The notes under the pieces: model-generated | The model's input: only the letters and a program-made list of their open reading frames with translations | Database searches by the model: none | What the model was told of the DNA's origin: nothing | Part shown: piece after piece, positions 12,901 to 26,640 of the stretch | How positions within the stretch are numbered: position 1 is the stretch's first letter | How the letters are laid out: every line of letters starts with the position of its first letter | Position numbers and translations under genes: made by a program | From: Leucoraja erinacea | Taxonomy: Eukaryota | DNA length: 64,000 nucleotides | Direction of reading: 5' to 3' | Assembly (NCBI RefSeq): GCF_028641065.1 | Contig: NC_073380.1 | Span: 60,760,001 to 60,824,000 of the forward strand

Positions 12901-13305
12901 GTGTTAAAGAGGGAACTGCAGATGCTGGAGAATCGAATTACACAGAAAAGCTGGAGAAACTCAGCGGGTGCAGCAGCATCTATGGAGCGAAGGAAATAGG
13001 CAACGTTTCGGGCCGAAACCCTTCTTCAGACTGATCAGGGGTGGGGGTGGGTGGGGACAGAAAAGGGAAAAGGAGGAGTAGCCGGAAGGCTGGAGGGTGG
13101 GAGGAGACAGCAGGGGAGCTGAGCTCCCCTGCTGTCTCCTCCCACCCTCCAGCCTTCCGGCTACTCCTCCTTTTCCCTTTCTTGTCCCCACCCACCCCCA
13201 CCCCTGATCAGTCTGAAGAAGGGTTTCGGCCCGAAACGTTGCCTATTTCCTTCGCTCCATAGATGCTGCTGCACCCGCTGAGTTTCTCCAGCTTTTCTGT
13301 GTAAC
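12901..13305. mobile_element. Palindromic Penelope-type pLTR insertion with 13-bp TSD
   Basis: Arms 12938-13120 and 13122-13304 are near-perfect reverse complements; TSD cccagtgttctca at 12888-12900 and 13306-13318. Confidence 0.85.
13213..13240 (+). ncRNA. Minimal type I hammerhead ribozyme-like motif (mirror copy at 13002-13029 on minus)
   Basis: CTGAAGA-a-GGG-tttcgg-CCC-GAAA-CGTT: CUGANGA and GAAA core boxes, short stem II, palindromic AACGTT in place of stem III. Stem I is only about 2 bp by eye. Confidence 0.62.
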
Positions 13306-14049
13306 CCCAGTGTTCTCAATTGTAAACATTAAACAAATACTATCCCAGACAATTCTGACAGCTGCAGAGTTGAATGGAGGGCCTCACTAGCAGTCAAGGC
13401 CAATCTGGCACTGCAACCAGCTGCTTGCACTGAGTCAGCCCCCATGCTGCACTCAACCGTACCAAAGAGAAAACTGTGCTGACAAACATCATTACCCAGG
13501 AGCAGACAGCTAACAATTTCAGGGCAATGGCCCATTATGCAGTCTAAAATATAGTTATTCCCCCGAGAAGCACAAATGAATGGATTTGATACAACAGGAA
13601 AGGACATTTGTTAGGATTTACAAAATAACAAAAAGAACCTAGATGGGATTACTCCAAATTTAATGAGAGGATGAGGAGTGGCATGCAGATGTTATGGAAG
13701 GATAGTAATCAAATGGTATTTTTCTTTTTCTTAGAGAATAACAGGTCTGTGGATTGAGAGCCAGCTTGTAAGTTCAATATATTCCTCAATTTATTTTACG
13801 ATGAGCTGGAAATCTTTCTGAAAACAATGTAGAATAAATAAATCTAGTACTTCCAGATTTATATTGCAAACTTTACATTCAAAAAATTATTTAATCTCAG
13901 TTTAAATGAGCTGCACAAACATAATAAACGTAAAAATGTTACTTATGATATCACTGTTTGGAATGCATAGATAAATTCTCTGCTTGTCACATGTAGAAGT
14001 GCAAGAATGTATGCAAAATCATTTGAAATGTTAAAACACTCAGACAATA

Positions 14050-17000
14050 TGCACGGGAAATATTAATTTATTGCACCTTCAATATATGCTCATAACTCAT
14101 GCTAATGGCAAGCTGATACTTATAGAATATACTTATTTTTAGCATTCAGGAAAAGAACTCCAAGTACTGTACAAGTCACTTATAGTACTGTACAATATAT
14201 ACTATCATACAGATGTTACATTATAGAGCAATTCATTGCAGATATTTAGTACAGCAACCACAAATATAAACAAACCAAATTTGCTGAACATTTGCCAGTG
14301 TCATCCTGTTATAAGAAATGTTCTGAAACATTTATGATCAACCAATTCATTTTCATTTAAACAGGATATTTTCTCCATTAAAAATAAACCATATATACAG
14401 TATAGTATCCAAACATACTCAGGATTACCTTAGCATGTTCTAATAACTGGATGGCAAACACTGCAAACAAAAAAAGTCCAGCTTTTGTGGGATATTTAAC
14501 TTCAGGCTTGCTTTGCACAGATTATCTAAATTCTTAAATTTAGTCTTTTGGTTATTTGACTCTACAGAATGCCCCACCCAACAATATTCTTCATCCGTTC
14601 TTCGATTACTTTTAAAAGGATAAAGTTGAAAATCCCAAGGAAAGATGGCAATGAATTTTAATGTAAATACATAACAAAGTTGTCTTGCAATTCTCACAAA
14701 TGATCTAAAAACAAATTCAAAAGCAAATGAATCATTAAGATAGCTTAAAGCCCAAATTGTCAGCATACTGCTCATTTTGAGAAACAGCCACGAAAAAAAA
14801 GCATTCCTGTGAACTTTGAATTTTAATCAATTGTTTGCAAGAAAGCACATTCATTTTTTTGTATTCTAAGGATGCAAATGTTCATGAATTGTCTAAAGAA
14901 CACAAAGTCTTCAAGCATCCTTAAAAATGATTCAATTGCCATTACAATTATGATAAATTAAAGGAAACCCATTAAAAAAAGTTAAGTTAATATCAAGATT
15001 AATTGACTATGATACTGGCTATTCAAAGCACAGTTTAAATGAAAGTAGAAATTCACAACTTACGTTCCATAAAGCAAAAATCATCAGTTTACTCTCAAAA
15101 AGTCTTTTTAACATTGAATTATTATGGGTTTGTGAATTCCATTTTTTTAAATTTAAAGGCAGACATTTTCTTTCAAACATATTATGGTTTGTGTATTTTG
15201 ATTTCACGCATATGTAATATCTCCCTATATACAGAGTGGCAATATTAGCATTTATATTTCAAAAATCAGAAAATATTTGGTAACTCTCTCATTTCCAATC
15301 ACGATGTGGTCCTGTTTAAACTATTTAACACACACAGCCACTGCAAAAATCACCTGTTAATAACTACTCTCTATTTAACTGTAATTAATACTACCATTTT
15401 GTTGGTAATCTTATACACCACAGCATGGCACATTGAAATGGAAAAACATTTGCTTTCTCAGAATTTGTATCGTATTGTGGATTATGATGTCCAACGTTTG
15501 ATATTTAGCTATTTTGAGTGAGAATAATGGAAATCTTTTTTTTCTTTTTTCTTTTTTTTTTTTTATATAAAGGTGCTGATTTTTCTTAATTTGTAACAAC
15601 TAAATATTTGTGGTGATATCTTTAGAGCAAAATGAATGAAGTGAGATAAATCTTATTAATAAATGAATTAAGCAACTGGAAAATAAATGGTCAATGAATC
15701 TGGCACCTTAAAATTCTATAGTTTTATTCTAATGCATTCTAATTTCCCATTCCTGTCAGTTGTGAGGGTGGAATGCCAGCTGGTTGTACTTATTGTCCTT
15801 TACAACAAAGTGTGATCTCCAGTCTGACACACGATGTGGAAACATTTCTGGCTGACATCTGCGTTCATGAATTGTCTAAAGAACACAAAGTCTTCAAGCA
15901 TCCTTAAAAATGATTCAATTGCCATTACAATTATGATAAATTAAAGGAAACCCATTAAAAAAAGTTAAGTTAATATCAAGATTAATTGACTATGATACTG
16001 GCTATTCAAAGCACAGTTTAAATGAAAGTAGAAATTCACAACTTACGTTCCATAAAGCAAAAATCATCCGTTTACTCTCAAAAAGTCTTTTTAACATTGA
16101 ATTATTATGGGTTTGTGAATTCAATTTTTTTTAATTTAAAGGCAGACATTTTCTTTCAAACATATTATGGTTTGTGTATTTTGATTTCACGCATATGTAA
16201 TATCTCCCTATATACAGAGTGGCAATATTAGCATTTATATTTCAAAAATCAGAAAATATTTGGTAACTCTCTCATTTCCAATCACGATGTGGTCCTGTTT
16301 AAACTATTTAACACACACAGCCACTGCAAAAATCACCTGTTAATAACTACTCTATTTAACTGTAATTAATACTACCATTTTGTTGGTAATCTTATACACC
16401 ACAGCATGGCACATTGAAATGGAAAAACATTTGCTTTCTCAGAATTTGTATCGTATTGTGGATTATGATGTCCAACGTTTGATATTTAGCTATTTTGAGT
16501 GAGAATAATGGAAATCTTTTTTTCTTTTTTCTTTTTTTTCTTTTTATATAAAGGTGCTGATTTTTCTTAATTTGTAACAACTAAATATTTGTGGTGATAT
16601 CTTTAGAGCAAAATGAATGAAGTGAGATAAATCTTATTAATAAATGAATTAAGCAACTGGAAAATAAATGGTCAATGAATCTGGCACCTTAAAATTCTAT
16701 AGTTTTATTCTAATGCATTCTAATTTCCCATTCCTGTCAGTTGTGAGGGTGGAATGCCAGCTGGTTGTACTTATTGTCCTTTACAACAAAGTGTGATCTC
16801 CAGTCTGACACACGATGTGGAAACATTTCTGGCTGACATCTGCAATGGAAAATAAAAACAACCAACATTTCAGACATTGTGTATTTAAAAAAAAAAAAGG
16901 ATTGTTTTCCCCTTTGCTTGGTTTTAAAGTTCAATTTTGGAGAACTACACCAACTATGTAGTATAACAAAATGATTTGGGCAGGGAATCAAAAAAATGTA

Positions 17001-17898
17001 ACAAGTCTTGAAAATTACACAGTCTTTCGGTGGAGCTTAATATTTTCTCCAAGAATCAACTTTACTTCAACATGTTTACCCCAATGCCACTATCTAGAAC
17101 AAAAACTGAAGGTCTACATCAGTGCAGAATTCTCCAAATTCTAAAACTGAACCCTTGCCCAAGCAGAGATTTACCAGTCAATTTCATAGCAATGAGTATT
17201 CCATCTGCACCCAGGGACTCAAGTCAATTTGCATACCAAGATAAACTAAATACAGGGTTCAAATATTTTAAACTGTAGGTCATCTTGTCATCATTTATTG
17301 AATAGCTCTATGTTAATTTCCAAACAGTTTCTGTGATACTTCTATTTTGCAACAACTTAAATAATTAATCTTAATAGTTGCTTTTGAGATTGTTTCTGCA
17401 AAGTGCTAAACAAAAAGTAAAACACAACTTTTAGTATACTAGGTTTTAGTCCCAGTTCCAGCCCTTGAGGCCTAGAAAGTGAATAATCTGTCTGCATCTT
17501 TCTAAAGAGTGATTATATTTATTTTGCATTAATGAATTGACATCACATATGGCCTTCAAAACTTCACATTTCAATATTTCATTTCAAGCACAAACATCAT
17601 CATCAATTCATATTGTTTAAAATTAATTTTAAGTGTATCAGGGAAATATATTCTTACAAGACTCACCTCTTATTAAAAGAGGTCTTACTGAGAGCTGCAT
17701 CAATAACTGAATCCAAGCACAAGCTAACATTAATTTGTGGATTAGTAGGGACAGTAGTAAGGCAGACGTTGTGTGGGTTACCAAGAATAATCTTGGTACG
17801 ATGCAATGGATAAGGAAAATAAAATCTGATTCTGTCTTTTGAACACGATGAGTTCCTTTTGCCATGTCACGATTCTTGTACAAAGCCAGCTCTGCTTA
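14050..17898 (-). other. VCPIP1: Predicted terminal non-coding (3'UTR) exon of VCPIP1
   Basis: Minus-strand branch-like CTAAT, pyrimidine tract tttcccttttcccctccccacctccatcc and AG at 17900-17899 (alternative CAG at 17894-17892). Donor GTGAGT at 28278. The block is AT-rich, has no recognisable TEs, has TGTATATA motifs, and has AATAAA at 14072-14067 with GT-rich downstream sequence. Confidence 0.55.
14880..16843. repeat. Near-identical ~982 bp tandem duplication (14880-15862, 15863-16843)
   Basis: Both copies start gttcatgaattgtctaaagaac and end ggctgacatctgc; only a few substitutions and poly-T length differences. Confidence 0.95.
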
Positions 17899-18831
17899 CT
17901 TGGATGGAGGTGGGGAGGGGAAAAGGGAAATTAGACAAACAATTAAATTCAATTTAAATTAAATCAAAGATATTTTTTTCCCTTTCCTATTACATTTACT
18001 TCTCTATTAAAAACAATGTACAAAACGTTGGTATTACTCTGAGATATCCTTAAAAGAATGTGAAATCTACCAATCTACCGTGAGATATCCTTAAAATAAT
18101 GTGAAAAGTGTAGATCTATCTATCCTTATTTCATTCAACTAGCCAAAAGCACAGATTGGCTAGATGACATAGTCCTGAGTTGAGGACTGAATATAATGAT
18201 TGTTGAATTTTTATTGTTCAGTATGTGCACTAACTCAGCTACGGAATTATTAGTTTTGTTTTCTTCATCTGCGCCTTTATACCATGCCTCCAATCCTCAG
18301 GACATCCACAGTGATCACATAACCTCAAATTTCAATCACAAGATTTTGATTGAGAATCAATCATTCATTTAGGTAACAGTTCTTGCACTTTGGCAAATTA
18401 GATCGGTGCAATTATTAACGCAGCCCAATGAAGCAGCAGCCTCACAGCTCCAACGATCCGGGGTCAATCCTAAATACTGGTGCTGTCACATTCTCATTAT
18501 AACCTCCTGGCATTTTACTGCATCACATATAAATGCTATGGGTTAATTGGATATCATAAATTACTAATAGCGCAGGTCAGTGGTAATTGGGGATAGTTTA
18601 GGGACGCAAGAGAGAATGAGCTGCAGGGAAATAGGTGCGGAAATGGGATAGAGTCCTAGTATGGACTCAATGGGTCAAATAACCTATCTCCCAATGAAAA
18701 TCGGAAAATATTGCAGATGCAAAGGGTCAGCATTATAAACTCAGTTTCTGTCTCTAGATATGTTGTCTCAGCTGCTGAATAATTAATGCATTGTTCTTCT
18801 TTTATTACTATTACATCAGTGTCATAAGTAG

Positions 18832-19131
18832 GTAATGCAACAGTAGAGCGACTGCCTCATAGCACCAGAGACCCGGATTAGAACCTGACTATGGGTGCCG
18901 TCTGTGCGGAGTTTGCACGTTCTCCGTGACCACGTGGGCTTTATCTGGGTGTTCCAGTTTCTTCCCACATTTCAATGACATGCATGTTTGTAGTTTAATA
19001 GGCTTCTGTTAATTGTCCCTAGTGTGTAGGATGCAAAAGTGGGATAATATAGAACTAGTGTAGGGGTGATTGATAGGCATGGTGGACTAGGTGGGCCAAA
19101 GGGCCTGTTTCCACCCTGTATCACTAAACTA
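18832..19131 (+). mobile_element. tRNA-derived SINE (HE1/V-SINE-like)
   Basis: ctgcctcatagcaccagagacccgg head, ggagtttgcacgttctcc core, aagggcctgtttcc..ctaaactaaa tail. Degenerate relatives at ~12480-12600, ~18430-18700, ~26680-26895 (-) and ~33610-33845. Confidence 0.72.
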
Positions 19132-19495
19132 AAGAAGATTAATTTTGAATATTATTTCAAAAATATTTGTGGTTGTGGTTCACACATCCCAAGACACCGC
19201 CTGCTTTAAAAAAAGGTTTGGAAAAATTATACCCAACTCCATTCCTACCATCCCATGATAAGTTTTCCCATTTTAATTTGCATCTTTTGCTAACAATGAT
19301 TTTTCATTTATTATGAACAGGCATTAAATGCATTCAATAAAATGTTAAAACATTCTGCATTAAGGATGTAGGTGCCTCAGTTAACTGAAAGTATGCATTT
19401 AGGATCTAAGTATCTCCTTTACAAGGTTAGAATAATTTGGGATGCAATTCCACGTAAAAATAGGCTGGCATGATCAAACTACAATGTAGTTTGAT

Positions 19496-19610
19496 CATCT
19501 TATGGCCGTATAAATAATAAAATGTATTAATTTAATCTTATGGGCATATAAATAATAAAATGCATTAATTTCATCTGATGGGCATATATATCATTAAATG
19601 TATTAATTTC
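19496..19610. repeat. ~36-bp minisatellite, 3 copies
   Basis: atcttatggccgtataaataataaaatgtattaatt / atcttatgggcatataaataataaaatgcattaatt / atctgatgggcatatatatcattaaatgtattaatt. Confidence 0.75.
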
Positions 19611-20249
19611 CTTGTTCTATCATACAGCTGTAAAAATAACAAATTAGAGTTTGACTAATCGTAATCAATTTCCACATTTTTTGGGCTCCATATAGTTTGT
19701 AGCTTCTTGCATTCTTAATGTGTGACATGAACTAAATTGTTATAGTCCCAAGAGATTTGAAGTGAATTAGATTTGTTTCACTGGATGTATGATTCATTAT
19801 CTGCATGTCAATAATAAACTCAATTTACACCAATCTCATGTATCAATTAAAATCTTACATCCTAATACGGCTTGTCTATAAATTCCAAATTTCATATTTT
19901 ATAAACACTTCTGACCATTATAAATTATGTTTTGTTGATGTAAATTCTGATTAGAAATCTCCTTGAGTCAACTTACCCATGATGCAACTTCCTAAGTAAA
20001 TGTTTTATCATCCTCTCAATTTGTAAATTTCAAATTTCAGAATCACAGTGTCACAGAACGAGATCACGACCATCAAATCTATCCCGACTCCTTTTACAAT
20101 CCATACAATTCCATTGCTCGTTTCTCATGCCTGCAAATGATTTTCCCTCAAATGCCTATATAAATTCTATTTGAAAACCAGATTCATTACTTAATCTTAC
20201 AATTTAATTCATAATATTGAAGTCTCGTTCAAAATTTTCCCACTGGTGA

Positions 20250-21240
20250 AAATCCTATCCACTAGTCACGTGTCTCCAGTATGAAAAGCATCACCCATTG
20301 CTTCCTTCCATCAAGCCAAATATGTATCCAATTAGTTAGCTCTCACTGTATCCCATGCAATCTAATCTTCCAGAGTAACCCATCATGTAGAACCTTATCA
20401 AAGGCCTTGCAGAAGTCCATATAGGTCACGTCTATAACTCTTTCATTTACCTTCTTGGTTACTTCCTCAGAACACTCAAATTTGTGAGACACTATCTCCC
20501 ACACGCAAAACTATACCAACTATCCCTCATCCACCTGTCTTGCCAAACACATATACCTTATCCTTTAGAATTCTTGTAATAAATTCCTTTTACTGCTGGT
20601 CTGCAATATTGTCAGACCAAATCCTCTTGCAGTCTTTTACTAACCTTGCTTTATACCACATCAAATTTTGAGTCATCAGCAAACATTAAAATTTTACCAC
20701 TGGCACTCATATGCACCAAGTCAATCTATACCAAAATAAATGACAGTCCTAGCAATGACCCCTCAAAAAAACACCACTTTTTACTATGCCTTCCATACTG
20801 CTTTGACTCCTTTACTGAATATTTCACAAATCTTCTGAAAGTCCATATGGTTAAAATTTATTCCATTCCTGTCATCTGTTTTAATTATCTCAAAATAAAA
20901 TTCAACAACATTAAATATGGTTTTCCTTCAACAAAGTCACCATTAACTTATTATTGTTCCCATGCATTTCAAGATTAAATAATGGGGCTGAAATTGCTGA
21001 ACACATCCTTTGAACCGTTTTGAGCAAGATGTTGCATTTATTATTTTTAAGTCCTCTAGCAGTTCCCCTGCATCTGTGGAGGATTGGACAATTCTGGCAA
21101 GCCTTTCTGAACTAGCTTCTTGTTTTCTCAGCAATCTAGAATATATCCTATCAGGGACCAGGAGCCTATTTAGCAGGTGATGTAAAATCAACCTTTCTAA
21201 TGTTTTCTCCATATTAATTTCCATTTCCACATCATCGCTA
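20250..21240 (-). mobile_element. Old degraded CR1-group LINE fragments
   Basis: accttatcaaaggccttgcagaagtccatata reads as YMDFCKAFDKV on minus; further decayed RT pieces. Confidence 0.55.
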
Positions 21241-21537
21241 CCACCTGGAGCAAGAAATAAACAAGAGGAAATACCGAGTTCCTCGAGAAGTCAGTATTTT
21301 CTTCTAGATTCTATCATCCTCAGTCTTTTGTATCTACTAATAATTTCTACCTAGATATTCTGACATCGTTGAAAAGGTTAAATGCTTTTAAATATATAAA
21401 AGATACATGGTAGAATACTTGACTAGGTTGTAGCTTGTATTTCTTCTCAAGCAGGCTTTCTCTAGTGGAAAAGTACCAATTGATAAGAGAGAGAGACATG
21501 CACAGATTTGTCTTAGGGCCATTAGTAATAGCTTTGG

Positions 21538-21632
21538 AATGTCTTGTCCTGAAAGTACCACCTGATAAGACACAGATGCCTTTGAAATGTCTTGTCCTGG
21601 AAGTACCACTGATAAGATGCCTTTGAAATGTA
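21538..21632. repeat. ~48-bp direct repeat in a possible solo-LTR-like segment
   Basis: gtcttgtcctgaaagtaccacctgataag..gatgcctttgaaat occurs twice. Confidence 0.65.
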
Positions 21633-22261
21633 TCTACTAATTGATAAGAGAGACAACCAATTGATCAGAGACAAGCTCACACTCGTCCTGTAGTGATGTA
21701 TATTGGCTGCATCTTGTGACGATGACAAACATCTTTGGAATGTGACTAAGTGACACACAGTATAAAACACCGTGCGAGTCTTTGTTCATTGAAGTGGTGG
21801 CTCGGGGAAGTCAAGTGTCTTTTGCTTACTTGACTGCTGTATCCCTGTCACTTCCGCCGGCTAATGATCAGTGGAGCTTGGGTTGGTTTACCTAACATTT
21901 TTGTGAGTTGTATGTTTTTTTTAAGTAGTGAATCTTATCGTCGTCTGTGGTAAAAATTAATACAAAGCTATGATTAACTATTTTCTTTGCCTTAAAAGCT
22001 AATCATAGATTACCTTCGTAATCTACGATTAGACGAAACCCATCTCTTACTATCACTTTGCAATTCAGGTCTACAAAATACGTCTTGATTATCATTCTAA
22101 TCTTATACTCCCTCTTTGTCCATCTTATTTTCCCATTCATCCTTCCAATTTGATTACAATTTTCAGGCTGTTACTAACTATTAATCAATCTCTACTGCAA
22201 CAAAATACTTATGCTGCAATCGATACCACCCATGCAGCCTAAATAAAAGTGCATGGTATAT

Positions 22262-22950
22262 CTACATTTGGTTTCACCAGTGTTGAGGCCACCACGTTGT
22301 GAACGGCAAATGTAGGACACCAGATTGGAAGTAGTGCAAATAAATCACTATGTCACCTGGAAATTCCGTCTGGGTCTCCAACTGGTGTGAAGGAAAGAGG
22401 CGAAAGGAGAGGTGGCCCATTGATTGTAGTTGGACGAGAAAATGCCATAACATGGCAAGTGGTTGGTAGAATGGAAGAGCGGTCCAGAGAGTCACAAAGG
22501 GATCAAGCNNNNNNNNNNNNNNNNNNNNNNNNNNNNNNNNNNNNNNNNNNNNNNNNNNNNNNNNNNNNNNNNNNNNNNNNNNNNNNNNNNNNNNNNNNNN
22601 NNNNNNNNNNNNNNNNNNNNNNNNNNNNNNNNNNNNNNNNNNNNNNNNNNNNNNNNNNNATACATGTCTGGTGGTGGAAACTTGTTGGAGCAAATTTGAA
22701 TTAGTTGCGGGCGAATCCCAGGATTAAAGCTCATCTATTTTCCGCAGCATTGAGCTTGCCTACTCTCTGCCTTGCCTACAGACCAAGAACAGTGATCTTG
22801 TCCTCAGCTTCCCCCTCTACCAGCCACCATATTCCATGAATCCCCCTTCACAATTTTCCACATATCTTTGAGGAACTAAACCTCATCTTCCATCTGGACA
22901 AATTGCAATCCTCCAGACTCAATACTGAATTATCCAAATTTAGGTAACAT
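22262..22950. mobile_element. Degraded Penelope GIY-YIG remnants on opposite strands around an N gap
   Basis: Minus ~22265-22345 reads FICTTSNLVSYICRSQRGGLNTGETK; plus ~22880-22945 reads LIFHLDKLQSSRLNTELSKFR, similar to the copy at 45766-46080. Confidence 0.55.
22509..22659. other. Assembly gap (N run)
   Basis: Run of N. Confidence 1.
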
Positions 22951-23819
22951 GCTCTTTTTACTGTCTATCAGAATTAGCCACTTTTGCCAGTCATTCATCT
23001 ATAATTTTGGTCCGGCTTTCTCTCTCGATAGTCTGGACTGTTAAACATATAAGCTCTGCTAACACAAAGAGATATAGTGGACTTCAAAAGGAAACTTTAA
23101 TGTAGTTATTTTCAATCAATCCTATATTCTATATGTCCTATATTCCTATTTGAATGAACAAATATTGGGAATAGATAGAGTGAATGCATGGAGTCTGTTA
23201 CCCAGGCCAGAGAAATCAAGAATTAAAGGGCATAGGCTCAAGGTGAGATGGGAAAGATCTCGATAGGAACCCGAGGGGCATTTTTTCCGCTCGAGGATGA
23301 AAGGTATATGAAACAAGCTGCCAGAAGAGGTAATTGAGGCAGGTACTATATCAGCATTTAAAAGACAGGTACATGGATAGGAAAGGATTAGATGGATAAG
23401 AGTCAAATGTAGGCAAATTGGACTAACTTAGATGGGGCACCTTGGTTAGCATTGACAAGTTTGGCCAAAGGACATGTTTCTGAGCTGTATGACAATCAAA
23501 AATGTTGCTTTTGCTCTATTAATTCCTCTTTGTAACTGCAAACTAATTTGTTCGCTCCCATTCCCAGTTCTCTCAAAAGATCTTGGCCCTAAAATGTAAT
23601 TCTTTCTCTTTTTCCACAGATGTGGCATGAATTGCAGAGCATTTCCAGCAGCTTTTGGTTTCATGAAAGTAAAAAAAGTGATAGCTAAATCTAGACAACC
23701 TCAGAGTCTTAGAACTGTACAACACGGAAACATGACCATTGGCCAACTGAATCCTCACCAACCATAAAGCACCCCATTTAAACTAATTCCGTTTATAGAG
23801 TCAGTCAGAGTCATACAAC

Positions 23820-25908
23820 AATAGACAACAGGTGCAGGAGTAGGCCATTCGACACCGAGCCAGCACCGCCATTTAATGTGATCATGGCCATTCTGCCTTC
23901 TCCCCATATCCCCTGACTCCACTATCTTTAAGAACCCTATCTAGCTCTCTCTTGCAAGTATCCAGAGAACCGGACTCCACCGCCCTCTGAGGCAGAGAAT
24001 TCCACAGACTCACAACTGTGAGAAAAAGTGTTTCCTTGTCTGTTCTAAATGGCTTACCCCTTATTCTGAAACTGTGGCCTCTTGTTCTGGACTCCCCCAA
24101 CACCGGGAACATGTTTCCTGCCTCTAGCGTGTCCTAACCCTTAATAATCTTATATGCTTCAATAAGATTCCCTCTCATCCTTCTAAAGTATATAAGCCCA
24201 GCCGTTCCATTCTCTCAACATATGACAATCCCGCCATCCCGGGAATTAACCTGCACTCCCTCATAGCAAGAATGTCCTTCCTCAAATTAGGGGACCAAAA
24301 CTGCACACAATACTCCAGATGTGGTCTCACCAGGGCCCTATACAACTGCAGAAGGACCTCTTTGCTAATATACTCAACTCCTCTTGTTATAAAGGCCAAC
24401 ATGCCATTCGCTTTCTTCACTGCCTGCTGTACCTGCATGCTTACTTTCATTGACTGATGAACAAGGACTCCCAGATCCCGTTGTACTTCCGCTTTTCCCC
24501 AACTTGACACCATTTAGATAGTAATCTGCCTTCCTGTTTTTGCTACCAAAGTGGATAACCTCACATTTATCCACATTAAACTGCAGCTGCCATGCATCTG
24601 CCCACTCACCCAACCTGTCCGTCACCCTGCATTCTCATAGCATCCTCCGCACAGTTCACACTGCCACCCAGCTTTGTGTCATCTGCAAATTTTCTAATGT
24701 TATTTTGAATCCTTTCATCTAAATCATTGATGTATATTGTAAATAGCTGCGATCCCAGCACCGAGCCCTGCGGCACCCCACTAGTCACTGCCTGCCATTC
24801 TGAAAGGGAGCAGTTAATCCTTACTCTTTGTTTCCTGTCTGCCAACCAATGTTCTATCCATGTCAGCACTCTACCCCCAATACCATGTGCCCTAATTTTG
24901 CCCACTAATCTGCTATGTGGCACCTTATCAAATGCTTTCTGAAAGTCCAGGTACACCACACCCACTGGCTCTCCCTTGTCCATTTTCCTAGTTATATCCT
25001 CAAAAATTTCCAGAAGATTAATCAAGCATGATTTCCCCTTCGTAAATCCATGCTGACTCGGACCGATCCTGTTACTGCTATCCAAATGTGCCGCTATTTC
25101 ATCTTTTATAATTGACTCCAGCATCTTCCCTACCACCGATGTCAGGCTAACTGGTCTATAATTCCCCGTTTTCTCTCTCCCGCCTTCCTTAAAAAATGGG
25201 ATAACATTAGTTACCTTCCTATCCACAGGAACATTGGAAAAATATCACCAACGCATCTACGATTTCTAGAGCCACTTCCTTAAGTATCCTGGGATGCAGA
25301 CCATCAGGCCCTGGGGATTTATCAGCCTTCAGTCTACCCAACACCATTTCCTCCCCAAGGTGGATTTCCTTCAGTTCCTCTGACACCCCATATCCTCTGG
25401 CCACTACTACGTCAGGAAGATTGTTTGTGTCCTCCTTAGTGAAGACGGATCCAAAGTACCTGTTCAACTCATCTGCTATTTCCTTGTTCCCCATAATAAA
25501 TTCACCTTTTTCAATGGTCCAACTTTAATCTTAACTATTTTTTTCCTCTTCACATTCCTAAAGAAGCTTTTATTATCCTCATTTATATTCTTGGCTAGCT
25601 TACCTTCGTACCACATCTTTTCTCCCCATATTGCCTTTTTAGTTCTCTTCTGTTGCTCTTTAAACATTACCCAATCCTCTTGCTTCCCGCTCATCATTGC
25701 TACGTTGTAATTCTTCTCTTTTATTTTTACACTGTCCCTGACGTCCCTTGTCAGCCATGGTCACCCCTTACTCCCCTTGGAATCTTTCTTCCTCTTTAGA
25801 ATGAACTTATCCTGCATCTTCTGTATTATTCCCAGAAATACCTGCCATTGTTGTTCCACTGTCATCCCTGCTAGGATATTTTTCCAGTCAACTTTGGCCA
25901 GCTCCTCA
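23820..25908 (-). mobile_element. CR1 LINE, 5'-truncated, with multiple frameshifts
   Basis: KSPGPDGLHPR, NYRPVSLTSVVGK, QHGF, GVPQGS and KFADD motifs. Confidence 0.92.
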
Positions 25909-25919
25909 TGGCGCCATAG

Positions 25920-26640
25920 GCAAACAGGCTGACCAAACTGCCCACCTAAGCTAGTGCCGCATCCCTCTAAATCTTTCTTATTCATGTACCTGTTAAAATT
26001 ACCTTTAAAAGTTGGTATTCTGCTTGTCTCACCCACTATATACCATCTCCTCAGGTTCCTATTAAATCTTTCCCCCTCACCTTCAACCTATGCCCTTGAC
26101 TTCTTGATTCCCAAACCCTGGAAAAAAGATGCGTGTGTTCATCCTATTTATGTCCCTGATGATTTTATACAGCTCTAGAAGATCACCCCTTAATCTCCTG
26201 TTTCCTGAGTACTGGCAACATCCTCGTAAATCCCTTTGGCACTCTTTGCAGGTGAATAGCATTTTTCTTATAGCAAGGGTGACAAAAGCAGAGGACAAAA
26301 CTCCAACTGCAGCCTCACCAACATCTTGTACAACATAATAACCCAACCTCCACCTCAATGCCCTTAATGATTAAGGCCAGCATGCCAAATCCTTCTTTAG
26401 CATCCTGTATACCTGTGACACCTTTCAAGGAAAAATGTAGTTGTATTCCTAGGTCCCTCTGTACTATACACTCACCAGGGTTCTGCCATTCACTTTGAAA
26501 GTCCTCCCCTGATTTTTACTTCCTAAAATGCAATGCACTTATTGGAAGTAAACTCCATTTGCCCTTCCTCAGCTTACTTATCTAGTTAATCAAGATCCCA
26601 TTGTAATTCTTGATAACATTCTAGAATACCACCTATTTTA
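25920..26640 (-). mobile_element. Older CR1-group LINE 3' fragment
   Basis: RRLRGDLLELYKII peptide and decayed RT C-terminus; similar pieces at ~23150-23490 (+) and ~31575-31855 (+). Confidence 0.6.

Noticed and set aside
12961-13262. Near-identical 73-aa ORFs on both strands
   Set aside because: Consequence of the palindrome, not coding.
15039-16580. Duplicated 62-71 aa ORFs
   Set aside because: Chance ORFs in duplicated AT-rich UTR-like sequence.
18040-18105. Short direct repeat tgagatatccttaaaa.aatgtgaaa x2
   Set aside because: Small local duplication with no further structure.
21430-21897. Possible ERV-like solo LTR (internal repeats, TATA-like, ends ..taaca)
   Set aside because: 5' boundary and TSD not identifiable; only the direct repeat is reported.
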